Below, piece after piece: positions 43,459 to 52,988 of a DNA stretch of 64,000 bases. The notes beneath the pieces are model-generated. The model searched no databases and was not told the origin of the DNA. It was given only the letters and a program-made list of their open reading frames with translations. The stretch comes from Archaeoglobaceae archaeon (GTDB taxonomy: Archaea > Halobacteriota > Archaeoglobi > Archaeoglobales > Archaeoglobaceae): positions 7,744 through 71,743 of the forward strand of contig JAWBZL010000002.1 in assembly GCA_038866255.1 (NCBI GenBank), in the 5' to 3' direction. Both the position numbers and the translations under genes were made by a program. Position 1 is the stretch's first letter; every line of letters begins with the position of its first letter.

Positions 43459-43898
43459 TGAGCGTGTTGGACGTTCCAGCAGATATGCTGATAGCAAGAG
43501 TTGCGGAAAAGCTTAAAACTGCTGTCTCTCCACCTGAGTGGGCAAAATTCGTGAAGACAGGTGTTAATAGGGAGAGGTCACCTCAACAAAAGGACTGGTG
43601 GTATCTCAGATTAGCTTCTATTTTCAGAAGGATTTACGTAGATGGCCCAGTTGGCTTGGAAAGATTGCGAACTTACTATGGTGGAAGAAAGAGTCGTGGA
43701 GTTAGGCCCGAGCATTTTGAAAAAGGGAGTGGGGCAGTCATAAGGCAAGCTTTGCATCAGCTCGAGCAACTTGGCTACGTGAAAAAGACTCCGAAAGGGA
43801 GAATCGTGACGCCTGCGGGCAAAGCATTTCTTGATAGGGTTGCAAAGGAAATAAAAACTGAGCTTGTAAACGTAATTCCAGAACTTGCAAAGTATTGA
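43455..43898 (+). CDS. rps19e: 30S ribosomal protein S19e (eS19)
   Basis: 147 aa; [35 protein letters not shown] signature. Confidence 0.93.
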   Translation: MMSVLDVPADMLIARVAEKLKTAVSPPEWAKFVKTGVNRERSPQQKDWWYLRLASIFRRIYVDGPVGLERLRTYYGGRKSRGVRPEHFEKGSGAVIRQALHQLEQLGYVKKTPKGRIVTPAGKAFLDRVAKEIKTELVNVIPELAKY

Positions 43899-43909
43899 GG
43901 GTGAGAGTT

Positions 43910-44236
43910 ATGGAGGACATCGAAGAGATCCGAAGAAGAAAAATACTTGAACTTCAAAGACAAAAAGAGCTCGAGGAGCTTAGAAAACAGGAAGAAATGA
44001 GAAGGCAATATGAGGCGCAAAAGCAGGCAATCCTTAGAGCAATACTCGAGCCTGAGGCCAGAGAAAGGCTTGGAAGGTTAAAACTTGCACATCCAGATAT
44101 TGCAGAAGTCGTTGAGAATCAGCTCGTTTATTTAGCACAGGCTGGAAAGATTCAGACTAAGATAACAGACAGCATGCTTGTCGAAATTTTGAGAAAAGCG
44201 CAGAAGAAGAGAGAAACAAGGATTGTGAGGAAGTGA
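43910..44236 (+). CDS. PDCD5/TFAR19-like double-stranded DNA-binding protein
   Basis: [18 protein letters not shown]...[20 protein letters not shown]; ATG 43910 preferred (GAGGGTGAG upstream) over TTG 43895. Confidence 0.8.
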   Translation: MEDIEEIRRRKILELQRQKELEELRKQEEMRRQYEAQKQAILRAILEPEARERLGRLKLAHPDIAEVVENQLVYLAQAGKIQTKITDSMLVEILRKAQKKRETRIVRK

Positions 44237-44241
44237 TTCTA

Positions 44242-44394
44242 ATGGGCAAGAAAACCCTCGGTGTTAAACTCAGACTTGCAAGAGCTATAAAACAGAATGT
44301 TCGTGCACCAGTTTGGGTTACAATGCGAACGAAGCGTAGAGTCTTTGGAAGTCCGAAGAGAAGATACTGGAGAAGGAGAAAGTTGAAGATATGA
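44242..44394 (+). CDS. rpl39e: 50S ribosomal protein L39e (eL39)
   Basis: Own translation: [50 protein letters not shown] (50 aa). Below the ORF-track size cut-off; conserved position before L31e. Confidence 0.9.
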   Translation: MGKKTLGVKLRLARAIKQNVRAPVWVTMRTKRRVFGSPKRRYWRRRKLKI

Positions 44395-44403
44395 GGTGTC
44401 TAT

Positions 44404-44670
44404 ATGGCAAACATACAGGTTGAGAGAATTTACTCGGTAAAGATCAGGCAAAAGATTGTAAGGCATCCAAGATGGTTGAGAGCGAAGAAGGCAACGAAGT
44501 TTCTTAGAAATTTTCTAAGCAGACACATGAAAGTTCCGCCAGAAAAAATAAAGATTGATGAAAAAGTAAATGAACTTCTCTGGAGTAAGGGGGCGAAATG
44601 GGCTCCAGCAAGGATAAGGGTTAGAGCGGTAAAGTTTGACGACGGAGTTGTTGAAGTGGAGCTTGCATGA
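44404..44670 (+). CDS. rpl31e: 50S ribosomal protein L31e (eL31)
   Basis: 88 aa; ERIYSVKIR...KIDEKVNELLWSKG...RVRAV signature. Confidence 0.92.
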   Translation: MANIQVERIYSVKIRQKIVRHPRWLRAKKATKFLRNFLSRHMKVPPEKIKIDEKVNELLWSKGAKWAPARIRVRAVKFDDGVVEVELA

Positions 44671-45317
44671 AACTCCTCGCAGTCAGGGGGAGCCCTTTGA
44701 TTGGTCTATATGCGAGAGTTTCGGAGGATTTTGCCGTACTCGGCATTCAGGATGAAAAGCTCTTGAATTCGCTACAAGAGCTACTTGATGTTGAAGTCGT
44801 TGTTACAACAATCTGTGGCTCTGAACTCGTTGGAGCGATGGTTGCGATGAACTCCAAAGGCGTTGTTGTAAGCAACAACATCTCTCTAAAGGAACTCGAA
44901 AGGCTGAAAAAAAAGATAGAGGTCAAAGAAATCGATACACCACTGACTTGTCTTGGTAACGTTTTTTGTGTGAATGACAGGGGCGGCATAGCTCATCCAG
45001 AATTGCCAGAGGAGATTATTGATGAAGTTTCAAAATTCTTGGATATAAAAATAGCCCTGGGCACGATAGGGGGAATAAAAACGGTTGGAATGGCTGGAGT
45101 GATAACAAATCGTGGTGGACTCGTGAATCCAAATGCAAATGAATGGGAGCTGAAGAAAATAAAGAATCTCATGGGCATCGAGGCTTTGAAAGGAACTGCA
45201 AATTTTGGCAACGACATGGTTGGTTCAAGTGTAATTGCAAACTCAAAAGGCTATCTCGTTGGCAAAGACACCACTGGATACGAGCTTGGGATTATTGATG
45301 AAGCTCTCTTTCCATGA
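44667..45317 (+). CDS. eif6: Translation initiation factor 6 (aIF6)
   Basis: 216 aa; repeated ...G..LIG/VG... pentein units; conserved position after L31e. Confidence 0.9.
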   Translation: MKLLAVRGSPLIGLYARVSEDFAVLGIQDEKLLNSLQELLDVEVVVTTICGSELVGAMVAMNSKGVVVSNNISLKELERLKKKIEVKEIDTPLTCLGNVFCVNDRGGIAHPELPEEIIDEVSKFLDIKIALGTIGGIKTVGMAGVITNRGGLVNPNANEWELKKIKNLMGIEALKGTANFGNDMVGSSVIANSKGYLVGKDTTGYELGIIDEALFP

Positions 45318-45326
45318 GGTGGTTTT

Positions 45327-45728
45327 ATGAGTCTTGAAGAAAAAGTTGCGACTTTGCAACAATTGCAGAGGGAGTTTGAGATATTGCAGAGAAGAGTTGT
45401 TGAACTCGAGCTTTTGGCAAATGAGTATCGAAAAGCCCTTTCAACGCTTGAATTTTTAAAATCTGAGGAAAATGTTGATGCCCTCATAAACCTTGGAGGA
45501 GGGGTTTACGGTTATGCAAATATAAAGGATGGGAAGAAGTTTCTTTTGGATATCGGGGCGGGAGTAATTCTCGAAAAAGATGCTGAAAGCACTCTCACTT
45601 TTATTAAAAAGAAGCTCGAAGAAGTCGAGAAAATGAGCGCAGAAACTGCTAATGCACTGAGGAGTGTTGCTGTTCAAGCTTCAAAAATCCAGCAGGAAAT
45701 AGCGGAACTCTCGAAGAAGGAGAAGTAA
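45327..45728 (+). CDS. pfdA: Prefoldin alpha subunit
   Basis: 133 aa; coiled-coil / beta-hairpin (LINLGGGVYGYANI) / coiled-coil layout; upstream of ftsY. Confidence 0.85.
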   Translation: MSLEEKVATLQQLQREFEILQRRVVELELLANEYRKALSTLEFLKSEENVDALINLGGGVYGYANIKDGKKFLLDIGAGVILEKDAESTLTFIKKKLEEVEKMSAETANALRSVAVQASKIQQEIAELSKKEK

Positions 45729-46667
45729 ATGTTTAAGGTTTTTAAGGAAAAATTAAAACAGTTAAAGGAGAAGATCGAATCTGGGGCTGAGGAAAAGATA
45801 TCAGCTTTGATAAGTGGGGAAGTCGTTGTAAGTGGGGAAAAGGTTGAAGAAATTCTGAACGAGCTTGAACTTATCCTCCTTGAGAGTGACGTTGCTTTTG
45901 AAGTTGTGCTCGAGATAAGAGAGAGATTGAAGCAAAGAATTGCTGGAAAAAGAAAGAAAATTGGAGAAAGTCTTTACAGAATAGTCGAGAGTGAGCTTAG
46001 GAACACAATAGCTGAGATTTTGCAAAAGAATTACTTCGACTTTGACGAGTTTATCGCAGAAAAAATAGGAAAGAAAAAACCCCTTAACATAATATTTGTG
46101 GGAGTTAACGGGACAGGAAAAACAACCACGATAGCAAAGGTTGCAAAGAGACTGATGGAGAAATACAGCATCGTTATAGCTGCTGGAGACACTTTCAGAG
46201 CAGGGGCAATTGAGCAACTTGAAGAGCATGGAAGAAGACTTGGAATCAAGGTTGTAAAACACAAACAGGGCGCAGATCCCTCAGCAGTTATCTTCGATGC
46301 CATAAAGCACGCCGAAAGTAAAGGGATAGATATTGTGCTCTCAGACACAGCGGGTAGGATGCATACAAAAAAGAACTTGCTTGACCAGCTTGGAAAGATT
46401 AAGAGAGTCACAAAGCCTGATATGATAATTTTCGTTGATGAGAGCATTGCTGGAAATGATGCGGTTGAAAGAGCAAGGATGTTTAATGAATCAATTGGAA
46501 TCGATGGCAGCATTTTGACGAAAATCGATGCGGATGCAAAGGGTGGAACAGCTATTTCTGTGTGTTACGCGACAAATAAGCCAATTCTTTTCTTAGGCAC
46601 AGGACAAAGCTACAGCGACCTCGTAAAATTCGATGTGAACTGGTTGATCGAAAGAATCTTTTCATGA
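45729..46667 (+). CDS. ftsY: Signal recognition particle receptor FtsY
   Basis: 312 aa; GVNGTGKTTTIAK, DTAGR, TKIDADAKGG SRP-GTPase motifs. Confidence 0.95.
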   Translation: MFKVFKEKLKQLKEKIESGAEEKISALISGEVVVSGEKVEEILNELELILLESDVAFEVVLEIRERLKQRIAGKRKKIGESLYRIVESELRNTIAEILQKNYFDFDEFIAEKIGKKKPLNIIFVGVNGTGKTTTIAKVAKRLMEKYSIVIAAGDTFRAGAIEQLEEHGRRLGIKVVKHKQGADPSAVIFDAIKHAESKGIDIVLSDTAGRMHTKKNLLDQLGKIKRVTKPDMIIFVDESIAGNDAVERARMFNESIGIDGSILTKIDADAKGGTAISVCYATNKPILFLGTGQSYSDLVKFDVNWLIERIFS

Positions 46668-47272
46668 AAGTTGTTATCCCTTTTAAACCTGTAAACCCCA
46701 AATCAAGACTTTCTGGAATTTTGAATGCAGAAGAGAGAAGGAAATTTGCGGAATTCATGCTCCTCGATGTTATCAATGTTCTGAAGGAGCTTAATCTGGA
46801 GATAAAAGTGGTATCGACTTCAAAAATTGAGATTGAGTGTGTGAAAGTTGTTGAGGATGTGAGAAGCCTTGATGACTGCATAAATGCGGAACTCGAGGAT
46901 TTGCCAAAGGCAATTGTTATGTCAGATCTTCCACTTTTGAATAAAGAAGTTCTGAATAGATTTTTTAGCTGTGATGCAGACATTGTTATTGCTCCTGGGA
47001 GAAAAGGTGGAACAAACATGCTCTTAGTAAGGAAAAAAGGTTTCAAAGTTTCCTATCACTATTGCAGTTTTCTCAAGCACTTGGACATAGCAAAATCTCT
47101 TGGTTTTCGTTGCAAAGTCTTTGATTCATTTTACGCCTCGCTCGACATCGACGATGAAACCGATTTGCTCGAGCTGATGATACATGGGAGCGGAAAACTT
47201 TCAAAAAAATATTTGGAGAGCATCGGTTTTCGAATTTTGATGGAAAAGACTCCGAGGCTAAAAAGGATTTAA
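46664..47272 (+). CDS. cofC: 2-phospho-L-lactate guanylyltransferase (F420 biosynthesis)
   Basis: 202 aa; MKVVIPFKPVNPKSRL..., PGRKGGTN CofC motifs; 4-nt overlap with ftsY. Confidence 0.8.
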   Translation: MKVVIPFKPVNPKSRLSGILNAEERRKFAEFMLLDVINVLKELNLEIKVVSTSKIEIECVKVVEDVRSLDDCINAELEDLPKAIVMSDLPLLNKEVLNRFFSCDADIVIAPGRKGGTNMLLVRKKGFKVSYHYCSFLKHLDIAKSLGFRCKVFDSFYASLDIDDETDLLELMIHGSGKLSKKYLESIGFRILMEKTPRLKRI

Positions 47273-47274
47273 AG

Positions 47275-48062
47275 TCACTTTTTTACCTTTCTTTTAAGTA
47301 TCGCAACTGCGAATGCAGCAAAAGAAGTTGCAGCAATAGCAAATTCTTCAGGTTTTTCATTCAACTTTTTTGGTCTGAGAATTTTTGTCCTCTCTTTTCC
47401 AAAGATAGAGCTATTTTCCTTTGAATCCTCGACTATCTATCTCTCTTCAACTTTTTCGATTTCCTCAGCTTTATAAGTTCCATTACCAACTTTGCTTTGT
47501 TCTAAAACAGTTTTTCCCACAGTTTCATTGATTTCCAGCCCCTCATTTCTTTTTTTCACAACGATAAAAGCGTTCAGAGTTATCGGATCAATTTCTGAAG
47601 CATCTTAAAACTTGCACTCGTTTTTGAGCTATTTACAGTTTCAGTCTTGATTTTAATTCTGCCCTTACCTTGGTAAACCATGTTTGATGTTTATTTCCGT
47701 TATTTTTGGTCTTATAACCTTAAACTGCTTGAAAAATTCCAAGGGGGAGTATCTTCAATGTTTACCTTAACAACGTAATCCCCCTCTAACCAGTCTTCGG
47801 GAATTCTGAACTCCCATTCACTTTTTCCGCAGGCATCAGTTAAGTTCATTGCGCTCTCACTTTTGCAAAGCCAATAGCCTTCACCCATTCCGGAGACAAG
47901 AATTTCAATGGGTTTTGCATTTTCAATCGAAATCGAAACGTTTATGTGAATCGAATCTCCAATTGCCACTTTTTCTTTATCTACGGTTATGTAAACCTCT
48001 GTCTTTCCCTCTGCAAGACTCAAGAGAGTAATCAGCAGAGCCAATGCAACTTCGAATCTCAC
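47275..48062 (-). pseudogene. Decayed gene for a secreted/cell-surface protein with a C-terminal sorting-signal-like anchor
   Basis: Intact 5' ORF 47712-48062 has a signal peptide (MRFEVALALLITLLSLAEG). Downstream minus-strand sequence continues protein-like in at least 3 shifted frames plus one in-frame TAG (47437-47439). It ends ...KPEEFAIAATSFAAFAVAILKRKVKK* (stop 47275-47277). Confidence 0.6.
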
Positions 48063-48136
48063 AAATCTTTTAGAGAGAATTTTTTTAAAAGTTATGCTTT
48101 CAAAATTGAAATTTCAGATAAAAAATCCAAATTTTT

Positions 48137-48913
48137 TTAGATAAACCTTGGTTCTCTCTTCTCAAGCATTGCTGAAACCCCTTCTGCAAACTCTTTTGTT
48201 AACGTGGTCATTGTTGCGAGTGTTAATTCATATGCTAAATGCTCTTCGAGCTTGTTTGAGTGTGTTGCATTTAAAAGCTTTTTTAAGTTTGCAATTGCAA
48301 GCAGAGGACGGTTCAAGTAAAGTTTTGCAACCTCCATAACTCTCTCTTCCAGCTTATCTTCTGGCACAACCTCTGTAACTATGCCATATTCCAGCGCCTC
48401 CTTTGCTGAAAATCTCCTACCAGTTGACATAATTTCGAATGCTCTCTTCATGCTGCAACCTCTTGGAATCAGAAAAGAAGTGCCCGTGTCAGGACTAAGA
48501 CCAATGAGGATGTATCCACAGGAGAAGATCGCATTTTCAGCGGCAATTGCGTAGTCTGAAGCGACCACAAGTCCAAGTCCAGCACCTATTGCATAACCTT
48601 TAACCTCTGCTATTACCGGTTTTGGGATCTCTCTGAGTTTTTTAACGACTCCAAGGTGCAATCTCAATCCATATTCCTCCGCCCTGCTTTTTCCGGTTGC
48701 AAATTCAAGGAACTGCTTTAAATCTGCCCCAGAACAGAAGCTCTTGCCTTCTCCTTTAAGAATTACAACTTTAACATTTTCATCTTTTCCGCAATCCTCG
48801 ATAGCTGCCGAGAGATCATTTAAAACTCCAAGGTTTAGTGCGTTGTGAACTTCTGGTCTGTTCAGAATTATCTCCGCAATTCCTCCATCTTTTCTAACTT
48901 TAACGAATCCCAT
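48137..48913 (-). CDS. Enoyl-CoA hydratase/isomerase family protein
   Basis: 258 aa; GEGKSFCSGADLK, VKGYAIGAGLGLVVASD crotonase motifs. Confidence 0.88.
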   Translation of the reverse strand: MGFVKVRKDGGIAEIILNRPEVHNALNLGVLNDLSAAIEDCGKDENVKVVILKGEGKSFCSGADLKQFLEFATGKSRAEEYGLRLHLGVVKKLREIPKPVIAEVKGYAIGAGLGLVVASDYAIAAENAIFSCGYILIGLSPDTGTSFLIPRGCSMKRAFEIMSTGRRFSAKEALEYGIVTEVVPEDKLEERVMEVAKLYLNRPLLAIANLKKLLNATHSNKLEEHLAYELTLATMTTLTKEFAEGVSAMLEKREPRFI

Positions 48914-48994
48914 GAGGGAAATAGATAGTTGCTATATAAGTTTCTCGGAATTCAATCGAGAAAACAGTTAAATTTCATTCTAACACTTTACATC

Positions 48995-50224
48995 ATGAAT
49001 CTCAGAGATGCGATAAACTTCGCGAATCCAGTCATTCTCGAGGACGATGTGAGGCATTGGGAAGTGCTGGAATTGTTAAGAAGTAGAAAATTGATGGATA
49101 AACCAGTTATTTTCAAGGTTGAAGGTAAAAGAGTTGCCAAGAACTTTGTAAGCTCGAGAGAGCTGCTTGCAAACTATTTGAAAGTAGATCCGAAAAAAAT
49201 TGCGATCGAACTTGCAAAGAAATATGAAGAAAAAGAGAAAATTGAGATCCGGGATTTTTCTGAGTTGAGAATTAATAAAATTAAAACTAATTTATTTAAT
49301 TTACCTATAATAAGATATTTTCCGCAAGATAGGGCAAGATATGCAACAGGTGGTGTGGTGATCGCAAAAAGGGAGAATTTCAATGCAAGTATTCATAGAA
49401 TGATGCTAATAGATGAGAAAAGTTTTGCAGTCCGTCTCGTTGCTCCGAGGCATACATATCTGATGTGGAGAGATGCGGTTGAACATGGAGAAGAGCTTAG
49501 AGTTGCGGTTTGCATTGGAACTCATCCTCTCTTTCTCCTTGCTGCCGCAACAAGAGTTCCGGTTGGGGAAGAGTTTAGCTACGCATCAAAACTGATGAAT
49601 GGATTAACACTTTACAAAAAAGGAGACCTTCTCGTTCCTGATTCAGAAATTGTGCTTTTTGGCAGGTTTACAGAAAAAACTGTTGAAGAGGGACCATTTG
49701 TTGATCTAACAGGAACTTATGACGACATTAGAAATGAACCAGTCCTCTTTGTTGATGAAATTTATGCAAAAGAGGACTTCATTTACTACTCCATAACTCC
49801 GGGTGGTATGGAGCATCGCATTTTGATGGGTGTTCCTTATGAGCCAGTCATTTACAGATTTGTTTCAAATGTATGCAGGGTCAAGAACGTTGCAACAACC
49901 CCCGGAAGTAGAAATTACTTCCATGCAGTTGTGCAGATTGAAAAAAGGACAGATGGAGATGCAAAAAACGCAATACTCGCAGCTCTTGCAGCAAATCCAA
50001 GTTTAAAGGGAGTTGTGGTTGTTGATGAGGACATAGATATCTTCAACTATGAAGACCTCGATTATGCAATTGCTACCCGATTTCAGCCTGATAGGGATCT
50101 AATCATAGTCAAAGGAGCGAGAGGTAGCAGCTTGGATCCCTCAGCCAGTGAAACGACGTCAAAATGGGGAATAGATGCGACTAAGCCAATTAAAGGAAGA
50201 AAAGATTTTGAGAGGATAATTTAA
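48995..50224 (+). CDS. UbiD-family decarboxylase (short, ~410 aa paralog)
   Basis: YATGGVVIAKRENFNASIHRMMLID..., EGPFVDLTGTY UbiD-like motifs. ATG 48995 (MNLRDAINF) preferred over the TTG track start 48929. Confidence 0.8.
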   Translation: MNLRDAINFANPVILEDDVRHWEVLELLRSRKLMDKPVIFKVEGKRVAKNFVSSRELLANYLKVDPKKIAIELAKKYEEKEKIEIRDFSELRINKIKTNLFNLPIIRYFPQDRARYATGGVVIAKRENFNASIHRMMLIDEKSFAVRLVAPRHTYLMWRDAVEHGEELRVAVCIGTHPLFLLAAATRVPVGEEFSYASKLMNGLTLYKKGDLLVPDSEIVLFGRFTEKTVEEGPFVDLTGTYDDIRNEPVLFVDEIYAKEDFIYYSITPGGMEHRILMGVPYEPVIYRFVSNVCRVKNVATTPGSRNYFHAVVQIEKRTDGDAKNAILAALAANPSLKGVVVVDEDIDIFNYEDLDYAIATRFQPDRDLIIVKGARGSSLDPSASETTSKWGIDATKPIKGRKDFERII

Positions 50225-50233
50225 TGCAAAAAT

Positions 50234-51178
50234 TTAGCCGGGTTTTCTAATCTTTGCAACAAAAAATCCCGCGCAACGATGTCTGTGTGGATAAAAACGT
50301 CTTGCTTTGCTAACATCTCTTTTACCAATCTTCAAAGCCTCTTCGCCAAATCCAATTTCAAGAAGCTCAGCCTCTCTTTTGGATAGGAGGTAATCGATCA
50401 CGAACTCGTTCTCTTCGGGTGTCATTGAACACGTTGAGTAAACGAGAATACCATTGGTTTTCAGGGAGTCATGGGCGAAGAGTATCAATTCCTTTTGTAG
50501 CGAGGAGCAGAAAAGAATATCTTTATACCCTCTATCTGTCTTCCTTGTTTTATCCTTGAATATTATCCCTTCCCCCGTGCATGGAGCATCGAGAAGGATT
50601 TTATCAGCTTTTATTCCAAGTTTTGGAAAGTCTCGTGCATCCATGTTAAGAATTGCAACATTCATAGCCCCCATTCTATTTACGTTGTCTTTTAGAGCCT
50701 GTAAACGATCTCTCTGTGGTTCTATTGCTAAAATTATTCCGCGATTTTTCATCAGCATTGCCATGAATGTTGTTTTCCCTCCCGGGGAAGCGCAGAAGTC
50801 TGCAACAACTTCACCCGGCTTTGGATCGAGAACAAGTGGTGGGATGCAGGAACTTTTATCCATGATGTAATAGTAACCCATGAGGTATTCAGGAGTTGAG
50901 CCTATAGAGTATTTTTCTTCACAGACTTCGTAGCAAAACGGAACCTCAGTTCTCTCAACTCTGAAGCCTCTCTTTTTAAGTCGAAGCAAAAGATCCCTTT
51001 CAGTAATTTTTATTGTATTAATTCGAATATATTTTGGCAATCCTTTTTCAAATGCTTCAACAATTTTCAGCGTTTCCTCCCCAAAGAAATTTAACCACCG
51101 TCTTATGATGAACTCGTCATAACCATATTTTTCCGCAATCTCTCTCGATCTCTGTGTTGAAGGATAGTCGAGGATCAT
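50234..51178 (-). CDS. NOL1/NOP2/Sun-family RNA (cytosine-C5)-methyltransferase
   Basis: 314 aa; DFCASPGGKT (SAM), LDAPCTGEG and YSTCS catalytic Cys motifs. Confidence 0.9.
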   Translation of the reverse strand: MILDYPSTQRSREIAEKYGYDEFIIRRWLNFFGEETLKIVEAFEKGLPKYIRINTIKITERDLLLRLKKRGFRVERTEVPFCYEVCEEKYSIGSTPEYLMGYYYIMDKSSCIPPLVLDPKPGEVVADFCASPGGKTTFMAMLMKNRGIILAIEPQRDRLQALKDNVNRMGAMNVAILNMDARDFPKLGIKADKILLDAPCTGEGIIFKDKTRKTDRGYKDILFCSSLQKELILFAHDSLKTNGILVYSTCSMTPEENEFVIDYLLSKREAELLEIGFGEEALKIGKRDVSKARRFYPHRHRCAGFFVAKIRKPG

Positions 51179-52965
51179 ACTATTCTTGATCTCCCCGGAG
51201 GCAGGAATTTCGCAATCTCATCTGGCTTAGCGATTGCCTTGACAACATAGGCATTCTCTCCTGCCTTCTCTGCAAGAATTCTTGCAATCTCAACACTCAG
51301 CTTTTCTTGACTCTCTTCACCGATTTCGAGCTCAACGTAATAGTCTGCCCACTTCTTTATAGCATTTACTGGTCCACCGATCACACGCATTTTCTTTAGT
51401 TCAATGCCAATCGCGCATCTTAGTTCAACTTCCACGTAGTTTCTCTCTCCCACTATGTAAAAGCTCCCTTTTGGCAAAAACTCTCCAGCTTTTGCAGCTC
51501 TCAGCACTTGATCAGGCTTGACGTAGTAAACTTCTCCAGAGTGTTTTCCTTCCTTCCAGAGAGACGAATAAATAGCTGAAAATTCGGCAGCTTCAACAAT
51601 GCTATTTTCTGGTGCCTCTTGTCCAAGCTTCAAAACAACTGCTGGAGCTCCGGGAGATTGAGTGTGGAAGAAAAGATCTCTACTTTCGATGTGCTTCGAA
51701 ACTATCTCTGAATTCATCTTTGCATTCCTTCCACCAATCGCAAGAAAACCGTCTGAAGTGATGAACCACCTGTATTGCTCGAACCACTCTCTTTTTCTGC
51801 GAACACCGAAACCAACTTTAATTCCTTTGGATTTAGCCTTTTGAATTTCTTCAATCGTTTTTTCCATTGCACTCCTTAATCCTTCCATTTTTTCCTTTAC
51901 CTTCTTTGCTCGCTCATAGTAAATTTCAGCGTTTCCGTAAATACTTTTGTTCAAATCAATCTCAAATTCTTTGCCTTCTAAACGAATGAGAGCAGTTTTT
52001 TTCTCTGGATTAAGCTTCAAAACTTCCTCTGCTTTTTGGCATTTCCTAAGCGTTGCAATAATTTCCTCGATTCTCTGGTAATTGGCGTATATTAGATCTG
52101 CAACTTCCCTATATTCTCTCATTTCTCTCTCGTATTCCTTAAGTGTCTCCTCCTGAATTTTTAGCCTATTTCGTAACTTTTCAATTTCTTCACTTTCCTG
52201 AATGCTCTCTATGGCTATCTTTGAATAAAAATCGTCCAAGGCTTCGTTGAAGCTGTTAAAGAACTTCTTTTCCAAATTCTGATAATAAAGCAAATCCATT
52301 GGGACTACATCGTGATATTTTCCGTTTTTTAGCACGATTTGTGGTTTTAAATCGAAATTCTTGAGCTTTTCAATCTCCTCCGTTATGAGCTTTTTTTCAT
52401 TCTCGCTTAACTCAAAAAATCTCTTTTTCTTATCAATTCCTGTCCTTAAACATACTTCTTCAGCATAAAGTCCTCCAAGTCCGGAATTTGCGAGATATCG
52501 AACAACATCTTTGCTCTCATCCAATTTTCTTTCCGAGCTTTGCTTTTTTATCTCCTTAAGGGGCATGATAACTCTATTCTCTTCCATGAGTATTATATTA
52601 CCTTTTGAAAATAATTCTGCAACGATCTCCTTCTCCTTTTCCCGCTCGAAATAAATAATTACAACTCGATCGAAGTCTTTCTGCTTTATCGCCTTTATTC
52701 TCGCTCCTTCGAGATGTTTTCTTAGCAGCATTGCAAATGGCGTTGGAAACTTCTGGCTCTCTTTTGGGAACTTTGTTAGATGAATTCTTTTTCCCGCTTC
52801 GATTATCAGATCGAACTTATCCTTGGCGTAGATCCTAATTCTGATCTCATCTGGAGGATAGTGATAGATTTTCTCAACTTTCCCACCAATAAGTGTCTGA
52901 AGTTCCTCAACGCAGGCTTTGATGTCGAATGAGCTCATCTGTTTCATTGAATTAAGTAAACCCAT
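51175..52965 (-). CDS. NFACT-family protein (Rqc2/RqcH/FbpA homolog)
   Basis: 596 aa; NFACT-N (SSFDIKACVEEL...IYHYPPDEIRIRIY), coiled-coil middle, NFACT-R-like C-terminus. Likely start ATG 52947 or 52938, ~25 nt downstream of a TTTTTAAT element. Confidence 0.85.
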   Translation of the reverse strand: MGLLNSMKQMSSFDIKACVEELQTLIGGKVEKIYHYPPDEIRIRIYAKDKFDLIIEAGKRIHLTKFPKESQKFPTPFAMLLRKHLEGARIKAIKQKDFDRVVIIYFEREKEKEIVAELFSKGNIILMEENRVIMPLKEIKKQSSERKLDESKDVVRYLANSGLGGLYAEEVCLRTGIDKKKRFFELSENEKKLITEEIEKLKNFDLKPQIVLKNGKYHDVVPMDLLYYQNLEKKFFNSFNEALDDFYSKIAIESIQESEEIEKLRNRLKIQEETLKEYEREMREYREVADLIYANYQRIEEIIATLRKCQKAEEVLKLNPEKKTALIRLEGKEFEIDLNKSIYGNAEIYYERAKKVKEKMEGLRSAMEKTIEEIQKAKSKGIKVGFGVRRKREWFEQYRWFITSDGFLAIGGRNAKMNSEIVSKHIESRDLFFHTQSPGAPAVVLKLGQEAPENSIVEAAEFSAIYSSLWKEGKHSGEVYYVKPDQVLRAAKAGEFLPKGSFYIVGERNYVEVELRCAIGIELKKMRVIGGPVNAIKKWADYYVELEIGEESQEKLSVEIARILAEKAGENAYVVKAIAKPDEIAKFLPPGRSRIV

Positions 52966-52988
52966 TGAATTAAAAAGTAATGACTCAG

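Noticed and set aside
46031-47046. Two 160-aa minus-strand ORFs antisense to ftsY and cofC. Similar shadow ORFs lie at 41528-42034, 7922-8335, 8167-8679 and 22706-23242.
   Set aside because: They are shadow ORFs opposite K/E-rich genes. Their S/F/L-rich translations have no motifs, and the sense-strand genes are unambiguous.
47437-47439. In-frame TAG in the surface-protein remnant as possible pyrrolysine or programmed readthrough
   Set aside because: The same gene also needs several frameshifts to be read through. No pyl genes or PYLIS-like context are visible, and Archaeoglobales-like organisms are not known Pyl users. Decay or sequencing error is the simpler explanation.
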